NCBI GenBank assembly: GCA_900546745.1
Contig: URDT01000004.1
Location: 1 to 59,560 of the forward strand
From: an uncultured Mycoplasmatota bacterium
GTDB taxonomy: Bacteria; Bacillota_I; Bacilli_A; RF39; UBA660
Direction: 5' to 3'
DNA length: 59,560 nt
The notes beneath the pieces are model-generated. The model did not search any database. It was not told the DNA's origin and saw only the letters and a program-made list of their open reading frames with translations. The stretch's first letter is position 1. Each line of letters opens with the position of its first letter. Shown here one piece after another: positions 1-8,452 of this stretch. The position numbers were made by a program, and so were the translations under genes.

Positions 1-275
1 TGCTTTAGTTCATGATATAATTCCTCTATCCATAAAAAATTTTTTAAGTATGTTACTGCAATATCGTAACAATACTGATATTTTTTCATAAGATAGTAAA
101 TTGCCTCATTTTTTATTTTTCCAAAATAATGATTGACAAATTCTTGCTTTGTCATTATTTTTAGATTAATAAGTTTTCTTTTACTAGAAAAATATTTTAA
201 GACTTTATTTTTATTTTCCGTGATTATTAAATCACCATTATTTACCTGTTCTAACATTTTATCACTAACTTTCAT
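1..275 (-). CDS. hypothetical protein, N-terminal part only (gene runs off the left edge)
   Basis: Absent from the ORF track because no stop lies inside the window. Manual minus-strand translation from the ATG at 273..275 stays open to position 1: MKVSDKMLEQVNNGDLIITENKNKVLKYFSSKRKLINLKIMTKQEFVNHYFGKIKNEAIYYLMKKYQYCYDIAVTYLKNFLWIEELYHELKH. The plus-strand ORF 133..327 looks like its antisense shadow. No family recognised. Confidence 0.4.
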   Translation of the reverse strand, partial: MKVSDKMLEQVNNGDLIITENKNKVLKYFSSKRKLINLKIMTKQEFVNHYFGKIKNEAIYYLMKKYQYCYDIAVTYLKNFLWIEELYHELK

Positions 276-335
276 TATTTATTGTATCACAAATTATTTC
301 ATCAATATATGCTTTTTGAGGCTCTAATTATCAAG

Positions 336-363
336 AATAAAAAAAATCACTAAATTGATTTTT
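336..363 (-). terminator. putative intrinsic terminator ending the DUF1003 transcription unit
   Basis: Inverted repeat aaaaatca (342..349) / tgattttt (356..363) with a 6-nt loop. On the minus strand it is followed by a U-run (plus-strand A-run 338..346). The stem is AT-only, so it is weak. Confidence 0.35.
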
Positions 364-577
364 CTTTTTTATTTTTCAAATTTTCTAGTTCAGCTATATA
401 GTTTTGTTTTAATAAACTATCCATATACCCATCTAAATTAACAATTAGATTTTTACACTTCACTAATTCTCTTATGTTTTTATTATTTTTGCATATTTAG
501 AAAATTCGTCTAAATTTTTGATATGAGTCTTTCTATTAGGATTATTAAGTTCTTTTTTTAATATTTCATTGAGTTGG

Positions 578-1096
578 TTATAATTCATCTTTTTTCTCTT
601 TATCAATATATTTTTGAATTTCTCTTTGATTTTTTAATATCTCATCTATTTTATTATGTAATTCCTCTATAATTAACTCACTTTTTACATCTGTATAATA
701 ATCATTCTGATTTCTTAAACTATCTTTTTTTGATTGACGATTTTGGCTCATCATAATAATTGGAGCTTGAAATGCAGCTAAACAAGATAATAATAAATTT
801 AATAAAATAAATGGATATGGGTCTATTGCATTGTTTTTTAATATAATGGTATTTAGTATAATCCAAAATGTTAAAAATAAAGCAAATAATAGAATAAAAG
901 TCCAACTACCGGCAATTGCTGAAAATTTATCTGCTAATTTTTCTCCAAACGTTAAATTAGATTCTTCTTGTTTTTCCACATCTACAGCAATTGGTTTATC
1001 TACTAATAAATCTAACAATTCATCTTCTTCTGCTTTTGTAATTTCTTGTTTTAATAAAATATTAACAATCTCTTTTCTAGTTTTATTTTTTTGCAT
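578..1096 (-). CDS. DUF1003 family membrane protein
   Basis: ORF 578..1123. The segment FGEKLADKFSAIAGSWTFI...IDPYPFILLNLLLSCLAAFQAPIIMMSQNRQSKKD matches the DUF1003 signature. Start moved to the ATG at 1094..1096 (MQKNK), which follows an AGAGGTG RBS. Confidence 0.8.
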   Translation of the reverse strand: MQKNKTRKEIVNILLKQEITKAEEDELLDLLVDKPIAVDVEKQEESNLTFGEKLADKFSAIAGSWTFILLFALFLTFWIILNTIILKNNAIDPYPFILLNLLLSCLAAFQAPIIMMSQNRQSKKDSLRNQNDYYTDVKSELIIEELHNKIDEILKNQREIQKYIDKEKKDEL

Positions 1097-1164
1097 ATTA
1101 ACACCTCTAAAAAAATTATACACCTATGTTGTTTATTTTTAATAGATTAAAGTAAAAAAGAGGA

Positions 1165-2727
1165 TTATTTTTTCCTCTTAATTTTTGAATAAAACATTTT
1201 TAAAAATAACCAAATAGTAAATAGTGCTGCTAAAAGGAGATAAAGATAAAATATAAATGGTAATTTTCCTTTATTCATTACAGCCATCACACTAATTCCA
1301 ATAATGAACGCTAAATCTAATATTGTTATAATTGCTTGATGAAAAATATCTTCTATACGGTTCATTTGATTTTTTGAATCATTTAATTCCATTTGAAATC
1401 TTAATTCTCCATTATTAATTCCTCTTAATAATGAAAGTGTCTCATTAGGGATAGAACATAAAGAATTCCCGTTTTGCAATATCTTTACAAATTCTCTTTC
1501 TAGCACATCTTTTGTGATCAATTTTTTTGCTTTTACTCTATTTTTTAAAACTTGCATCAGATTAATACTAGGGCTTATTTCTTCTAATACCCCTTCAATT
1601 ACAACAATACCGCGAATTAACATTGAAATATCTTTCGGTAAAGTAATGGAATTGGAATTTAATAATTCAAACATATCTCTGGCAAATTCTTTAATATTTA
1701 TATCTGATATTTCTGTGGTTTTATTTTTATTTAAAACTGTTTTAATATCATTTTTTAACTTCATATAGTCGATATCATTGGAACTAGTATCCATAGAAAC
1801 TAATATATGAGCTATTTCAGATGTATTATTTGAAATAATAGCATTAATACAATCATTTAATAAATTTTTATTTTTAATAGTTAATGTCCCCATCATGCCA
1901 AAATCAAGATAAACAATTTTGCCATCTTGAATTTTGATGTTGTCGGAATGAGGATCAGCATGATAATATCCATCATCAATTGCTTGCTTAATATAATTAT
2001 CTGCTAGTTTATTAGCAATTTCATTCATGTCATATCCTAATGAATTTAATTTTTCTGTTTCATTAATGAATGGAGCATCAATATATTCCATTATTAATAC
2101 ATAAGGTGTAGAAATATCTTTATATACTTTTAATGGTTTTATATAAGCTATATTTTCATTGTTATTTTTAAATCTTTCTATATGATTTGCTTCTATTATA
2201 AAGTCCATTTCCTCTTTGGCAGAATCATACATTTCATCAATAATAGCTTGCAAATCCACAATATTACCAAACAATTTATCTAATTTTAAAATAGAAATAG
2301 CCTTTTTTAATAATTTTGTGTCTAACGTCATCATCTGATAAATATTAGTTCTTTGAATTTTAACAGCTACTACTTCTTTCGATTTTAAAACACCTAAATG
2401 AGTTTGTGCAATAGAGGCGGAACCAATAGGTGTTTCGTCAATAGATTCAAAAATTTCATTAAATTTGCCATTATATTCTCTGTTTAATATTTCAAAAACT
2501 TCCTCTTTATCCATTGGCTTTACAGAACAACGCAGTTTTTTTAATTCATCTGATATAGAAGCTGGTATTAAATCACTTCTAGAAGATAAAATCTGCCCCA
2601 TCTTCACGAATGTTGGTCCTAAATCTTCTATTGTTTCCCTAATATTTTGAGGCGATTTATCTTTTAATAAATTATGCTTGTTAATAATAGAGATTATTTC
2701 TTTTAAACGAGTAGTTTCATTATTCAT
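1165..2727 (-). CDS. ABC1/UbiB (AarF) atypical kinase family protein with C-terminal TM helices
   Basis: 520 aa. N-terminal GPTFVKMGQILSSRSDLIP, then GSASIAQTH...VAVKIQR and HADPHSDNI...LDFGMMG, are ABC1 kinase-family motifs. Two C-terminal hydrophobic helices. The start overlaps the upstream gene's stop by 8 nt, indicating an operon. Confidence 0.85.
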   Translation of the reverse strand: MNNETTRLKEIISIINKHNLLKDKSPQNIRETIEDLGPTFVKMGQILSSRSDLIPASISDELKKLRCSVKPMDKEEVFEILNREYNGKFNEIFESIDETPIGSASIAQTHLGVLKSKEVVAVKIQRTNIYQMMTLDTKLLKKAISILKLDKLFGNIVDLQAIIDEMYDSAKEEMDFIIEANHIERFKNNNENIAYIKPLKVYKDISTPYVLIMEYIDAPFINETEKLNSLGYDMNEIANKLADNYIKQAIDDGYYHADPHSDNIKIQDGKIVYLDFGMMGTLTIKNKNLLNDCINAIISNNTSEIAHILVSMDTSSNDIDYMKLKNDIKTVLNKNKTTEISDINIKEFARDMFELLNSNSITLPKDISMLIRGIVVIEGVLEEISPSINLMQVLKNRVKAKKLITKDVLEREFVKILQNGNSLCSIPNETLSLLRGINNGELRFQMELNDSKNQMNRIEDIFHQAIITILDLAFIIGISVMAVMNKGKLPFIFYLYLLLAALFTIWLFLKMFYSKIKRKK

Positions 2728-3028
2728 CTTTTTTTGATTTTGTTTCCTTTAATAATTTCATAATTTCATTTTTTTCTTCTTTTGACATTTTTTGAATTGC
2801 CTCTTTTACTTCTTCTGTTGTCACTTCTTTATTTTCTACAACAACGGTAACGTTTTCTTTAATTTTTTCTTCAATATTATGTTTTAATTCTTCATTGGCA
2901 ACTTTTCCTTCTTCGTAAATTTTTGTGCCTTTTTCTAATAATTCATTCTTTATTTCTTTTGCTTTATCAGTGGTAAGAGACATTGCGCCTAATCCCATTA
3001 GCATAATGTTTTTTAATTCTTCTTTCAT
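2720..3028 (-). CDS. phasin-like small coiled-coil protein (COG3937-like)
   Basis: ORF 2720..3079, with the start moved to the ATG at 3026..3028 behind AGGAGG (3035..3040). The sequence MKEELKNIMLMGLGAMSLTTDKAKEIKNELLEKG is typical of phasin-like proteins that precede ABC1 kinases in Firmicutes. Confidence 0.6.
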   Translation of the reverse strand: MKEELKNIMLMGLGAMSLTTDKAKEIKNELLEKGTKIYEEGKVANEELKHNIEEKIKENVTVVVENKEVTTEEVKEAIQKMSKEEKNEIMKLLKETKSKKDE

Positions 3029-3049
3029 ATTATTCCTCCTATATTTTTT

Positions 3050-3079
3050 ATTATAGCACTCTATTATATTTTTATTCAA
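3050..3079 (-). promoter_or_regulatory. putative sigma-A type promoter of the phasin-like/ABC1-kinase operon
   Basis: Minus strand reads TTGAAT (3074..3079), an 18-nt spacer, then TATAAT (3050..3055). This lies just upstream of the RBS at 3035..3040. Confidence 0.5.
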
Positions 3080-3080
3080 T

Positions 3081-3097
3081 AATGACTATTAGTCATT
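3081..3097. promoter_or_regulatory. 8-1-8 palindrome AATGACTA-T-TAGTCATT, putative operator
   Basis: Perfect inverted repeat 1 nt upstream of the predicted -35. It shares the 11-bp core GACTATTAGTC with the palindrome at 10036..10052. Confidence 0.45.
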
Positions 3098-3133
3098 TAC
3101 ATTTGTTTAACAACTAAAAAAATAGATAATCAA

Positions 3134-3379
3134 TTATCTATTTCCGAATTTTTCTTTTGACTGTTCAATTTTTTGTTGTTCTACTTGTTCTACTTGATAC
3201 CAACCTTTTTGTTCCATAAAAGTAAATATTTCATTTTGTAGGTCTAAACATTCATTTAAAGTATTATGAAAAGCTTTATGAATATCAGGTGTTGAAGATT
3301 CTACACTTCCATGATACAAAATATCGCTAATATTTTTAGTAGATGTTAAGATTGTGTTCATAATTAATTTTGATTCCAT
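3134..3379 (-). CDS. spore coat protein, CotF-like (coat F domain)
   Basis: 81 aa. DILYHGSVESSTPDIHKAFHNTLNECLDLQNEIFTFMEQKGWY resembles the Coat_F domain. AGGAGG RBS upstream. Confidence 0.65.
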   Translation of the reverse strand: MESKLIMNTILTSTKNISDILYHGSVESSTPDIHKAFHNTLNECLDLQNEIFTFMEQKGWYQVEQVEQQKIEQSKEKFGNR

Positions 3380-3387
3380 ATTTCCTC

Positions 3388-3570
3388 CTATTTCATTAAA
3401 AGTTTAAACATTGTATTATAATGCATCTGATATTTGTTTTCTAAATATATTATAAAATTCTTAATATCAGTTTCTGGAATTTCATTTGAAATATCACTGC
3501 AAAAATTTTCTAAAATTTGTTCATGAGATAAAACATCCTCAATGTAAAGTAATTCCTTTTCTGTCATCAT
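3388..3570 (-). CDS. small hypothetical protein co-transcribed with the cotF-like gene
   Basis: 60-aa ORF ending 8 nt before the cotF-like start, with an AGGTGA-like RBS. No family recognised. Confidence 0.4.
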   Translation of the reverse strand: MMTEKELLYIEDVLSHEQILENFCSDISNEIPETDIKNFIIYLENKYQMHYNTMFKLLMK

Positions 3571-3621
3571 TTCATCACCTATTGTTATTATGTTTTTATT
3601 TTATTTTTTTATTCAAAAAAA

Positions 3622-4254
3622 CTATAACTTATCTGGGTTATAGTTATTTACATATTTTTTTAATTCGTTCATTTTTTCATCTAAGGCTTCAATGTCTAAA
3701 GAACAATGATACATTTCTTTTTTTACTTCTTCTGGTATTTCTTTAAATTTATATTGTATTTTATGATCTAGACTTGCCCAAAAATCCATAGCAATTGTTC
3801 GAATTTGAATTTCAGCATCGATATATTCTGTTTTATTATCTACGAAAATTGGGACTTCAATAATCAAGTGATAACTAATATATCCTGTATCTTTTGGATT
3901 TGCTATATAGTCTTTTTCTTCTTTTATCTTAAATTGATTTGATTTTTTTATTAGGTTTACAACTTCGTAAACATCTGTTAAAAAGGAACAAACGATACGA
4001 ACTCCTATCATATCATGAACATGTTTTCTTAAATTATTTACAGTAATTTCGTAATTTTTTCTTTCTAGTTTTTTGATTGCGCTATCTTGACTTTTAATTC
4101 TAGATTTGACATGTTCCACAGGATTGTATTTTGTTTTAAATACATGACCTTTAATTAATATATCTAATTCTGTCTCTAACATTTCTAGAGCAAATTCATA
4201 TTTTAAAAGTGTTTCTTCTAATAATTGTTGTTCTCCAGGTTTAAATTTTTCCAC
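3622..4254 (-). CDS. small alarmone ((p)ppGpp) synthetase, RelQ/RelP (YjbM/YwaC) type
   Basis: 210 aa. DMIGVRIVCSFLTDVYEV, YISYHLIIEVP and EIQIRTIAMDFWASLDHKIQYK are RelA/SpoT synthetase-domain motifs, and there is no hydrolase domain. The start appears to be GTG at 4252..4254 behind AAGGATGGTGA. Confidence 0.85.
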   Translation of the reverse strand: MEKFKPGEQQLLEETLLKYEFALEMLETELDILIKGHVFKTKYNPVEHVKSRIKSQDSAIKKLERKNYEITVNNLRKHVHDMIGVRIVCSFLTDVYEVVNLIKKSNQFKIKEEKDYIANPKDTGYISYHLIIEVPIFVDNKTEYIDAEIQIRTIAMDFWASLDHKIQYKFKEIPEEVKKEMYHCSLDIEALDEKMNELKKYVNNYNPDKL

Positions 4255-4315
4255 AATATCACCATCCTTAACGGTATATGTATTTTAACACTGATTTTTA
4301 TTTCGTGCAAATTTT

Positions 4316-4345
4316 AAAATAGAGCCATTATTTTGACTCTATTTT
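4316..4345 (-). terminator. putative terminator after clpB
   Basis: Arms aaaatagag (4316..4324) and ctctatttt (4337..4345) with a 12-nt loop that contains the clpB stop codon. U-rich tract follows on the minus strand. Confidence 0.4.
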
Positions 4346-6430
4346 AAAGATATAATCAGTATCATAATCTATGATAACTTTATTTCCATATTTTAATTCA
4401 TCATTAATAATCATCTTAGATAGTTCTGTTTCTACAATGTGACTTACAAGTCTTTTTAATGGACGTGCACCATAGTTTACATCAAATCCTTGATCGATCA
4501 TATTTTTTCTAGCAGAATCTGTTAATTCTATATGGATATTTAAATCTATTAATCTTTTTTCAATATCATGAATAATTTTATCTAGAATTTTAGAAATACT
4601 ATCTTTATTTAATGGATTAAATACAATAATTTCATCTACACGATTAATAAATTCTGGACGGAAAAATTTCTTTAGTTCTGGCATTACTTGATCTGTATTA
4701 CCATCTAATATATATTCGCTTCCTAAGTTTGAAGTCATAATAATAATTGTGTTTTTGAAATCAACAGTACGACCATTAGAATCTGTAATTCTACCATCAT
4801 CTAATATCTGAAGTAATAAGTTTAGTACTTCCGGATGTGCTTTTTCGATTTCATCAAATAATACTATACTATAAGGATTTCTTCTAACAGCTTCTGTTAA
4901 TTGTCCTCCTTCATCATATCCAACATATCCTGGAGGAGAACCTATCAATCTGGAAGTAGAGAATTTTTCCATATATTCACTCATATCAATACGAATCATA
5001 TGTTTTTCATCATCGAATAGTTCATAAGCAAGTGTTTTAGCAATTTCTGTTTTTCCTACACCTGTTGGTCCTAAGAATATAAAGGAACCAATTGGACGAT
5101 TTGGATCTTTAATTCCACTTCTTGATTTTAAAATTGCTTCACTTACTAATTTTAAAGCTTCATCTTGACCAATTACTCGTTTTTTCATGTTATCTTCAAG
5201 ATGAAGAAGTTTTTCTTTTTCACTACTCATTAATTTTGAAATTGGAATATTCGTCCATCTAGAAATAACAGATGCAATATCATTTGGAGTAACCGTATCA
5301 CTTAAGATTTTATTTTTTTCTTTGCTATTTAATTCTTGTAGTTCACGTTCTAGTTTTGGAATTTCGCCATGTCTTAAGATTGCGGCTTTTTCTAGATTAT
5401 ATTCATTTTCTGCTTGTTCTAGATCAAAATTAGCCTTTTCTAATTCTTTTTTCTTCGATTTAATTTGATTATTAATTTGTTTTTCTTGATTCCAAGAATC
5501 TGTTAATTCTTTTTCTTCTTTGGTCAACTTTTCTAATTCTTCGTTAATTTTTTCCATTCTTTTCTTTGATAATTCATCTTTTTCTTTTTTGATTGCCTGT
5601 TTTTCGATTTGAAGACGCATTATTTTTCTGGTTAATGTATCAAGGTTTGTTGGAACGGAATCCATTTGAACACGAATAGTTGCACAAGCCTCATCTACTA
5701 AATCAATTGCTTTATCAGGTAAGAAACGATCCGTTATATAACGATTTGACAAAGTTGCTGCGGAAATTAATGCTTTATCTTGAATAGTAACTCCATGATG
5801 AATTTCAAATCTTTGTTTTAATCCTCTTAATATAGTGATTGTATCTTCAACTGTTGGTTCACTTACTATAATTTTTTGGAAACGTCTTTCTAGGGCTCCA
5901 TCTTTTTCAATATATTTACGATATTCATTTAGTGTAGTAGCACCAATGACATGAATTTCACCTCTTGCTAACATTGGCTTTAATATATTTGATGTATCCA
6001 TTGCACCTTCCATATTACCAGAACCTACAATTGTATGAATTTCATCGATAAACATGATGATGTTTCCTTCGGATTTTTTGATTTCATTTAAAACATTTTT
6101 TAGTCTTTCCTCAAATTCTCCTCGATATTTTGCTCCCGCTATCAATGAAGCCATATCTAATTCCCAAATAGTTTTATTTTTTAAGCTATTAGGAACATCC
6201 CCTTTTACTATTCTTAAGGCTAGTCCTTCAATAATAGCTGTTTTACCGACACCGGGTTCACCAATTAATACTGGATTATTTTTGGTTTTTCTAGATAAAA
6301 CTCTAGTGATTCCTCTAATTTCTTCATCACGACCAATTACAGGATCAATTTTACCTTTTTTTACCTCTTCGATGATATTACGTCCATATTTTTCAAGAAC
6401 ATTTTCTTCTTTTTCATTTGTATTAAACAT
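4328..6430 (-). CDS. clpB: ClpB-type AAA+ disaggregase lacking the N-terminal domain
   Basis: 700 aa with two Walker A motifs ([16 protein letters not shown]). A long coiled-coil M-domain lies between NBD1 and NBD2 ([22 protein letters not shown]...). The protein begins only about 20 aa before the conserved VIGRDEEI motif. Confidence 0.9.
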   Translation of the reverse strand: MFNTNEKEENVLEKYGRNIIEEVKKGKIDPVIGRDEEIRGITRVLSRKTKNNPVLIGEPGVGKTAIIEGLALRIVKGDVPNSLKNKTIWELDMASLIAGAKYRGEFEERLKNVLNEIKKSEGNIIMFIDEIHTIVGSGNMEGAMDTSNILKPMLARGEIHVIGATTLNEYRKYIEKDGALERRFQKIIVSEPTVEDTITILRGLKQRFEIHHGVTIQDKALISAATLSNRYITDRFLPDKAIDLVDEACATIRVQMDSVPTNLDTLTRKIMRLQIEKQAIKKEKDELSKKRMEKINEELEKLTKEEKELTDSWNQEKQINNQIKSKKKELEKANFDLEQAENEYNLEKAAILRHGEIPKLERELQELNSKEKNKILSDTVTPNDIASVISRWTNIPISKLMSSEKEKLLHLEDNMKKRVIGQDEALKLVSEAILKSRSGIKDPNRPIGSFIFLGPTGVGKTEIAKTLAYELFDDEKHMIRIDMSEYMEKFSTSRLIGSPPGYVGYDEGGQLTEAVRRNPYSIVLFDEIEKAHPEVLNLLLQILDDGRITDSNGRTVDFKNTIIIMTSNLGSEYILDGNTDQVMPELKKFFRPEFINRVDEIIVFNPLNKDSISKILDKIIHDIEKRLIDLNIHIELTDSARKNMIDQGFDVNYGARPLKRLVSHIVETELSKMIINDELKYGNKVIIDYDTDYIFKIESK

Positions 6431-6454
6431 ATCATCACCTCTTTCTAATTCTGT

Positions 6455-6495
6455 ATTATACTCTTAAATTAGCACTTGTCAAGTAAGAGTGCTAA
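6455..6495 (-). promoter_or_regulatory. clpB promoter overlapped by a CIRCE (HrcA) operator
   Basis: TTAGCACTT-GTCAAGTAA-GAGTGCTAA at 6469..6495 matches the CIRCE consensus TTAGCACTC-N9-GAGTGCTAA. On the minus strand TTGACA (6477..6482) lies inside CIRCE, with TATAAT (6455..6460) 16 nt downstream. Confidence 0.8.
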
Positions 6496-6508
6496 AATAT
6501 GACAAATT

Positions 6509-8020
6509 TTATATTTTTTCAATTAATTTTTTATAATTTTTCCATAACTCTTTTACAAATATTGATTGATTTTTATTTGGTATTAATAAATAGATTTTGT
6601 TTTTTGTACGTGTAAGTGCTACATAAAAAAGTCTTCTTTCTTCATCATATGGATATTTTGCGGAAGATTTTGACACAAGCCTTAATATCTTATTATTTTT
6701 AATTTGACTTGGAAAACCTAACAATTCATCCTTCATATTAATAAGAATTACATTTTCTTCTTCTAATCCTTTTGATTTATGTACTGTTAAGTAAGTTATT
6801 TTAATATTATCATCTAATTTATAAATAATTTCATTCTCTTTTACTTTAAAATACCTATAATCCAATACGGAGTGAATATCTTTATTATTTCGTCCTAACA
6901 CTAAAATTGGTTTTTGCGTTTCTTTATAAATTTTCTTTATTAATTCTTGAAATTGTTGCTTTAAATTCACATAATTTACAAAGACAATTGGTTTATCTAT
7001 TCTCTTACTAGATTTTAAATTTTTCTTTAGTTGTGCTTTATTTTTCATTACGAATTTTCCTGCAACTTGAATCAATTCTTGGCTATTTCGATATGTATTT
7101 TCTATTCTCATGACTTTAGAATCTTTAAAATAAGAATTAAAATTTAAAAATAAGGATAAATCACAACCTGTGAAACGATATATAGATTGAAAATCATCTC
7201 CTACCACCATTAATTTAGCATTTGTAAAATTTAATATTTCTTTTACTAAGTTAAATCTTACAAGTGAAGTATCTTGATATTCGTCAATCATTACATATTG
7301 AACTTTCTCACGGTACCCTTCTTTTTGGATTTTTTCCGTTGCTCTTATTAACATATCATCAAAGTCAATTTCGTTGTTTAGTTTTAAATATTCTTCATAT
7401 TCTAAATAACAATTTAAAATAAGTGTTAATATGGATTTTTCTTTTTTATATGAAAAAGATTTTTTAATTTTTTTAGAAAACTTTATAAAATCGTTTAGTT
7501 CATAGTTATTACATTTAAATAAGTGAATAAAAGTGGATATTAAGCGTTGTAACAAAATAATTTTGCTATCACCTTTTTCATAATTTTTAATATATTCTTC
7601 TTTATTTTTTAATGAAAAATATTTTAGAGTTAATGACATTATTTCTGGATAATTTAATATTTTTGTTTTAAAGAATTCGTCAATAATATAATCTAAAGTA
7701 CTAGGATCTGCTATAGTATAGTTATGATCTTCTTTCAAAATATTGAGCGCTAATTTATGAAAAGTATAGACAGGAATTTCAAAGTTAAATTCGTTTTTTA
7801 TTTTTTCTCTTAGGCTATCAGAAGATGCTTTTGTGAATGAAATACAAATAATTTCATTTGGTGAAATATTTTTTACCTTTACTAAATAATAAATTTTTCC
7901 TAATATAGTTAGTGTTTTTCCACTTCCTGCTCCTGCAACAACTAATAAATGATTGCTTTCATCTTCGACAATTGCTTTTTGTTGATTATCTAAATCATAT
8001 CCACATATTTTTTGATTCAT
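6509..8020 (-). CDS. compact UvrD/Rep-family (SF1) helicase
   Basis: 503 aa. Motifs present: AGAGSGKT (motif I), IDEYQDTS (II), VGDDFQSIY (III), TVHKSKGLE (V) and YVALTRTK (VI). Confidence 0.8.
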   Translation of the reverse strand: MNQKICGYDLDNQQKAIVEDESNHLLVVAGAGSGKTLTILGKIYYLVKVKNISPNEIICISFTKASSDSLREKIKNEFNFEIPVYTFHKLALNILKEDHNYTIADPSTLDYIIDEFFKTKILNYPEIMSLTLKYFSLKNKEEYIKNYEKGDSKIILLQRLISTFIHLFKCNNYELNDFIKFSKKIKKSFSYKKEKSILTLILNCYLEYEEYLKLNNEIDFDDMLIRATEKIQKEGYREKVQYVMIDEYQDTSLVRFNLVKEILNFTNAKLMVVGDDFQSIYRFTGCDLSLFLNFNSYFKDSKVMRIENTYRNSQELIQVAGKFVMKNKAQLKKNLKSSKRIDKPIVFVNYVNLKQQFQELIKKIYKETQKPILVLGRNNKDIHSVLDYRYFKVKENEIIYKLDDNIKITYLTVHKSKGLEEENVILINMKDELLGFPSQIKNNKILRLVSKSSAKYPYDEERRLFYVALTRTKNKIYLLIPNKNQSIFVKELWKNYKKLIEKI

Positions 8021-8233
8021 TATATCACCAAGAAAATTATATAAATTTTTATTTCTTTTTCAAGTTTTCAATTTTAAATATTGGATTTTATTTTTTTATA
8101 AATTGATTGTTTTCGATAATTATTTTTTTATTTTGGAATATTTTATTTATTAATTATAATTTTTAACAAAAAAACTAACCTATTTCTAGATTAGCAATTT
8201 ATCTTGATCGAAAAAATCGAACATATTTCAATA

Positions 8234-8310
8234 TGGGGCGCGGTAAGGGGATCGAACCCTTGCATAACGGAACCACAATCCGCCGTGTTAACCACTTCAC
8301 CAACCACGCC
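8234..8310 (-). tRNA. tRNA-His (anticodon GTG)
   Basis: Manual fold of the minus strand: G(-1) + acceptor GCGTGGT/ACCGCGC, anticodon stem GCGGA/TCCGT with loop TTGTGGT, T-arm AAGGG-TTCGATC-CCCTT, discriminator C, encoded CCA. The extra 5' G pairing with C73 is the tRNA-His hallmark. Confidence 0.9.
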
Positions 8311-8452
8311 ATGTAACATTCGTTACACGATATATTTTATCAATAAATTTATTTTAACGCAACCCTTTTTATAAAATTAATAGAATTATTTATAGTTTAA
8401 TACCCAATCAACATTTAACCTATCACATACAATAAACAAGAGGAGGATAAAT

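Noticed and set aside
720-1142. ORFs 720..905 (-) and 831..1142 (+) overlapping the DUF1003 gene
   Set aside because: They are alternative-frame or antisense shadows of a gene with a clear family signature. Their composition is low-complexity I/F/S/N-rich, typical of AT-rich off-frame translation, and they have no RBS.
3081-3097. The palindrome as an intrinsic terminator of the cotF-like gene
   Set aside because: The arms are separated by a single nucleotide, so a stable RNA hairpin loop cannot form and there is no following U-run. The shared core with the 10036 palindrome favours an operator.
6054-6467. Plus-strand ORF antisense to clpB, and similar antisense ORFs at 1514..1768, 2465..2650, 3486..3746, 11972..12187, 12966..13439, 13922..14125, 15492..16322, 18574..18786, 30433..30792, 37301..37507, 41546..41734, 42287..42484, 51159..51398 and 57891..58286
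   Set aside because: All lie opposite strongly supported genes and have S/F/I/L-rich shadow composition with no ribosome-binding sites.
8426-8433. CATACAAT, a sigma-E/K-like -10 element, upstream of the cotJ operon
   Set aside because: It sits only 7 nt from the RBS and I could not find a properly spaced -35 element, so it is too weak to call.
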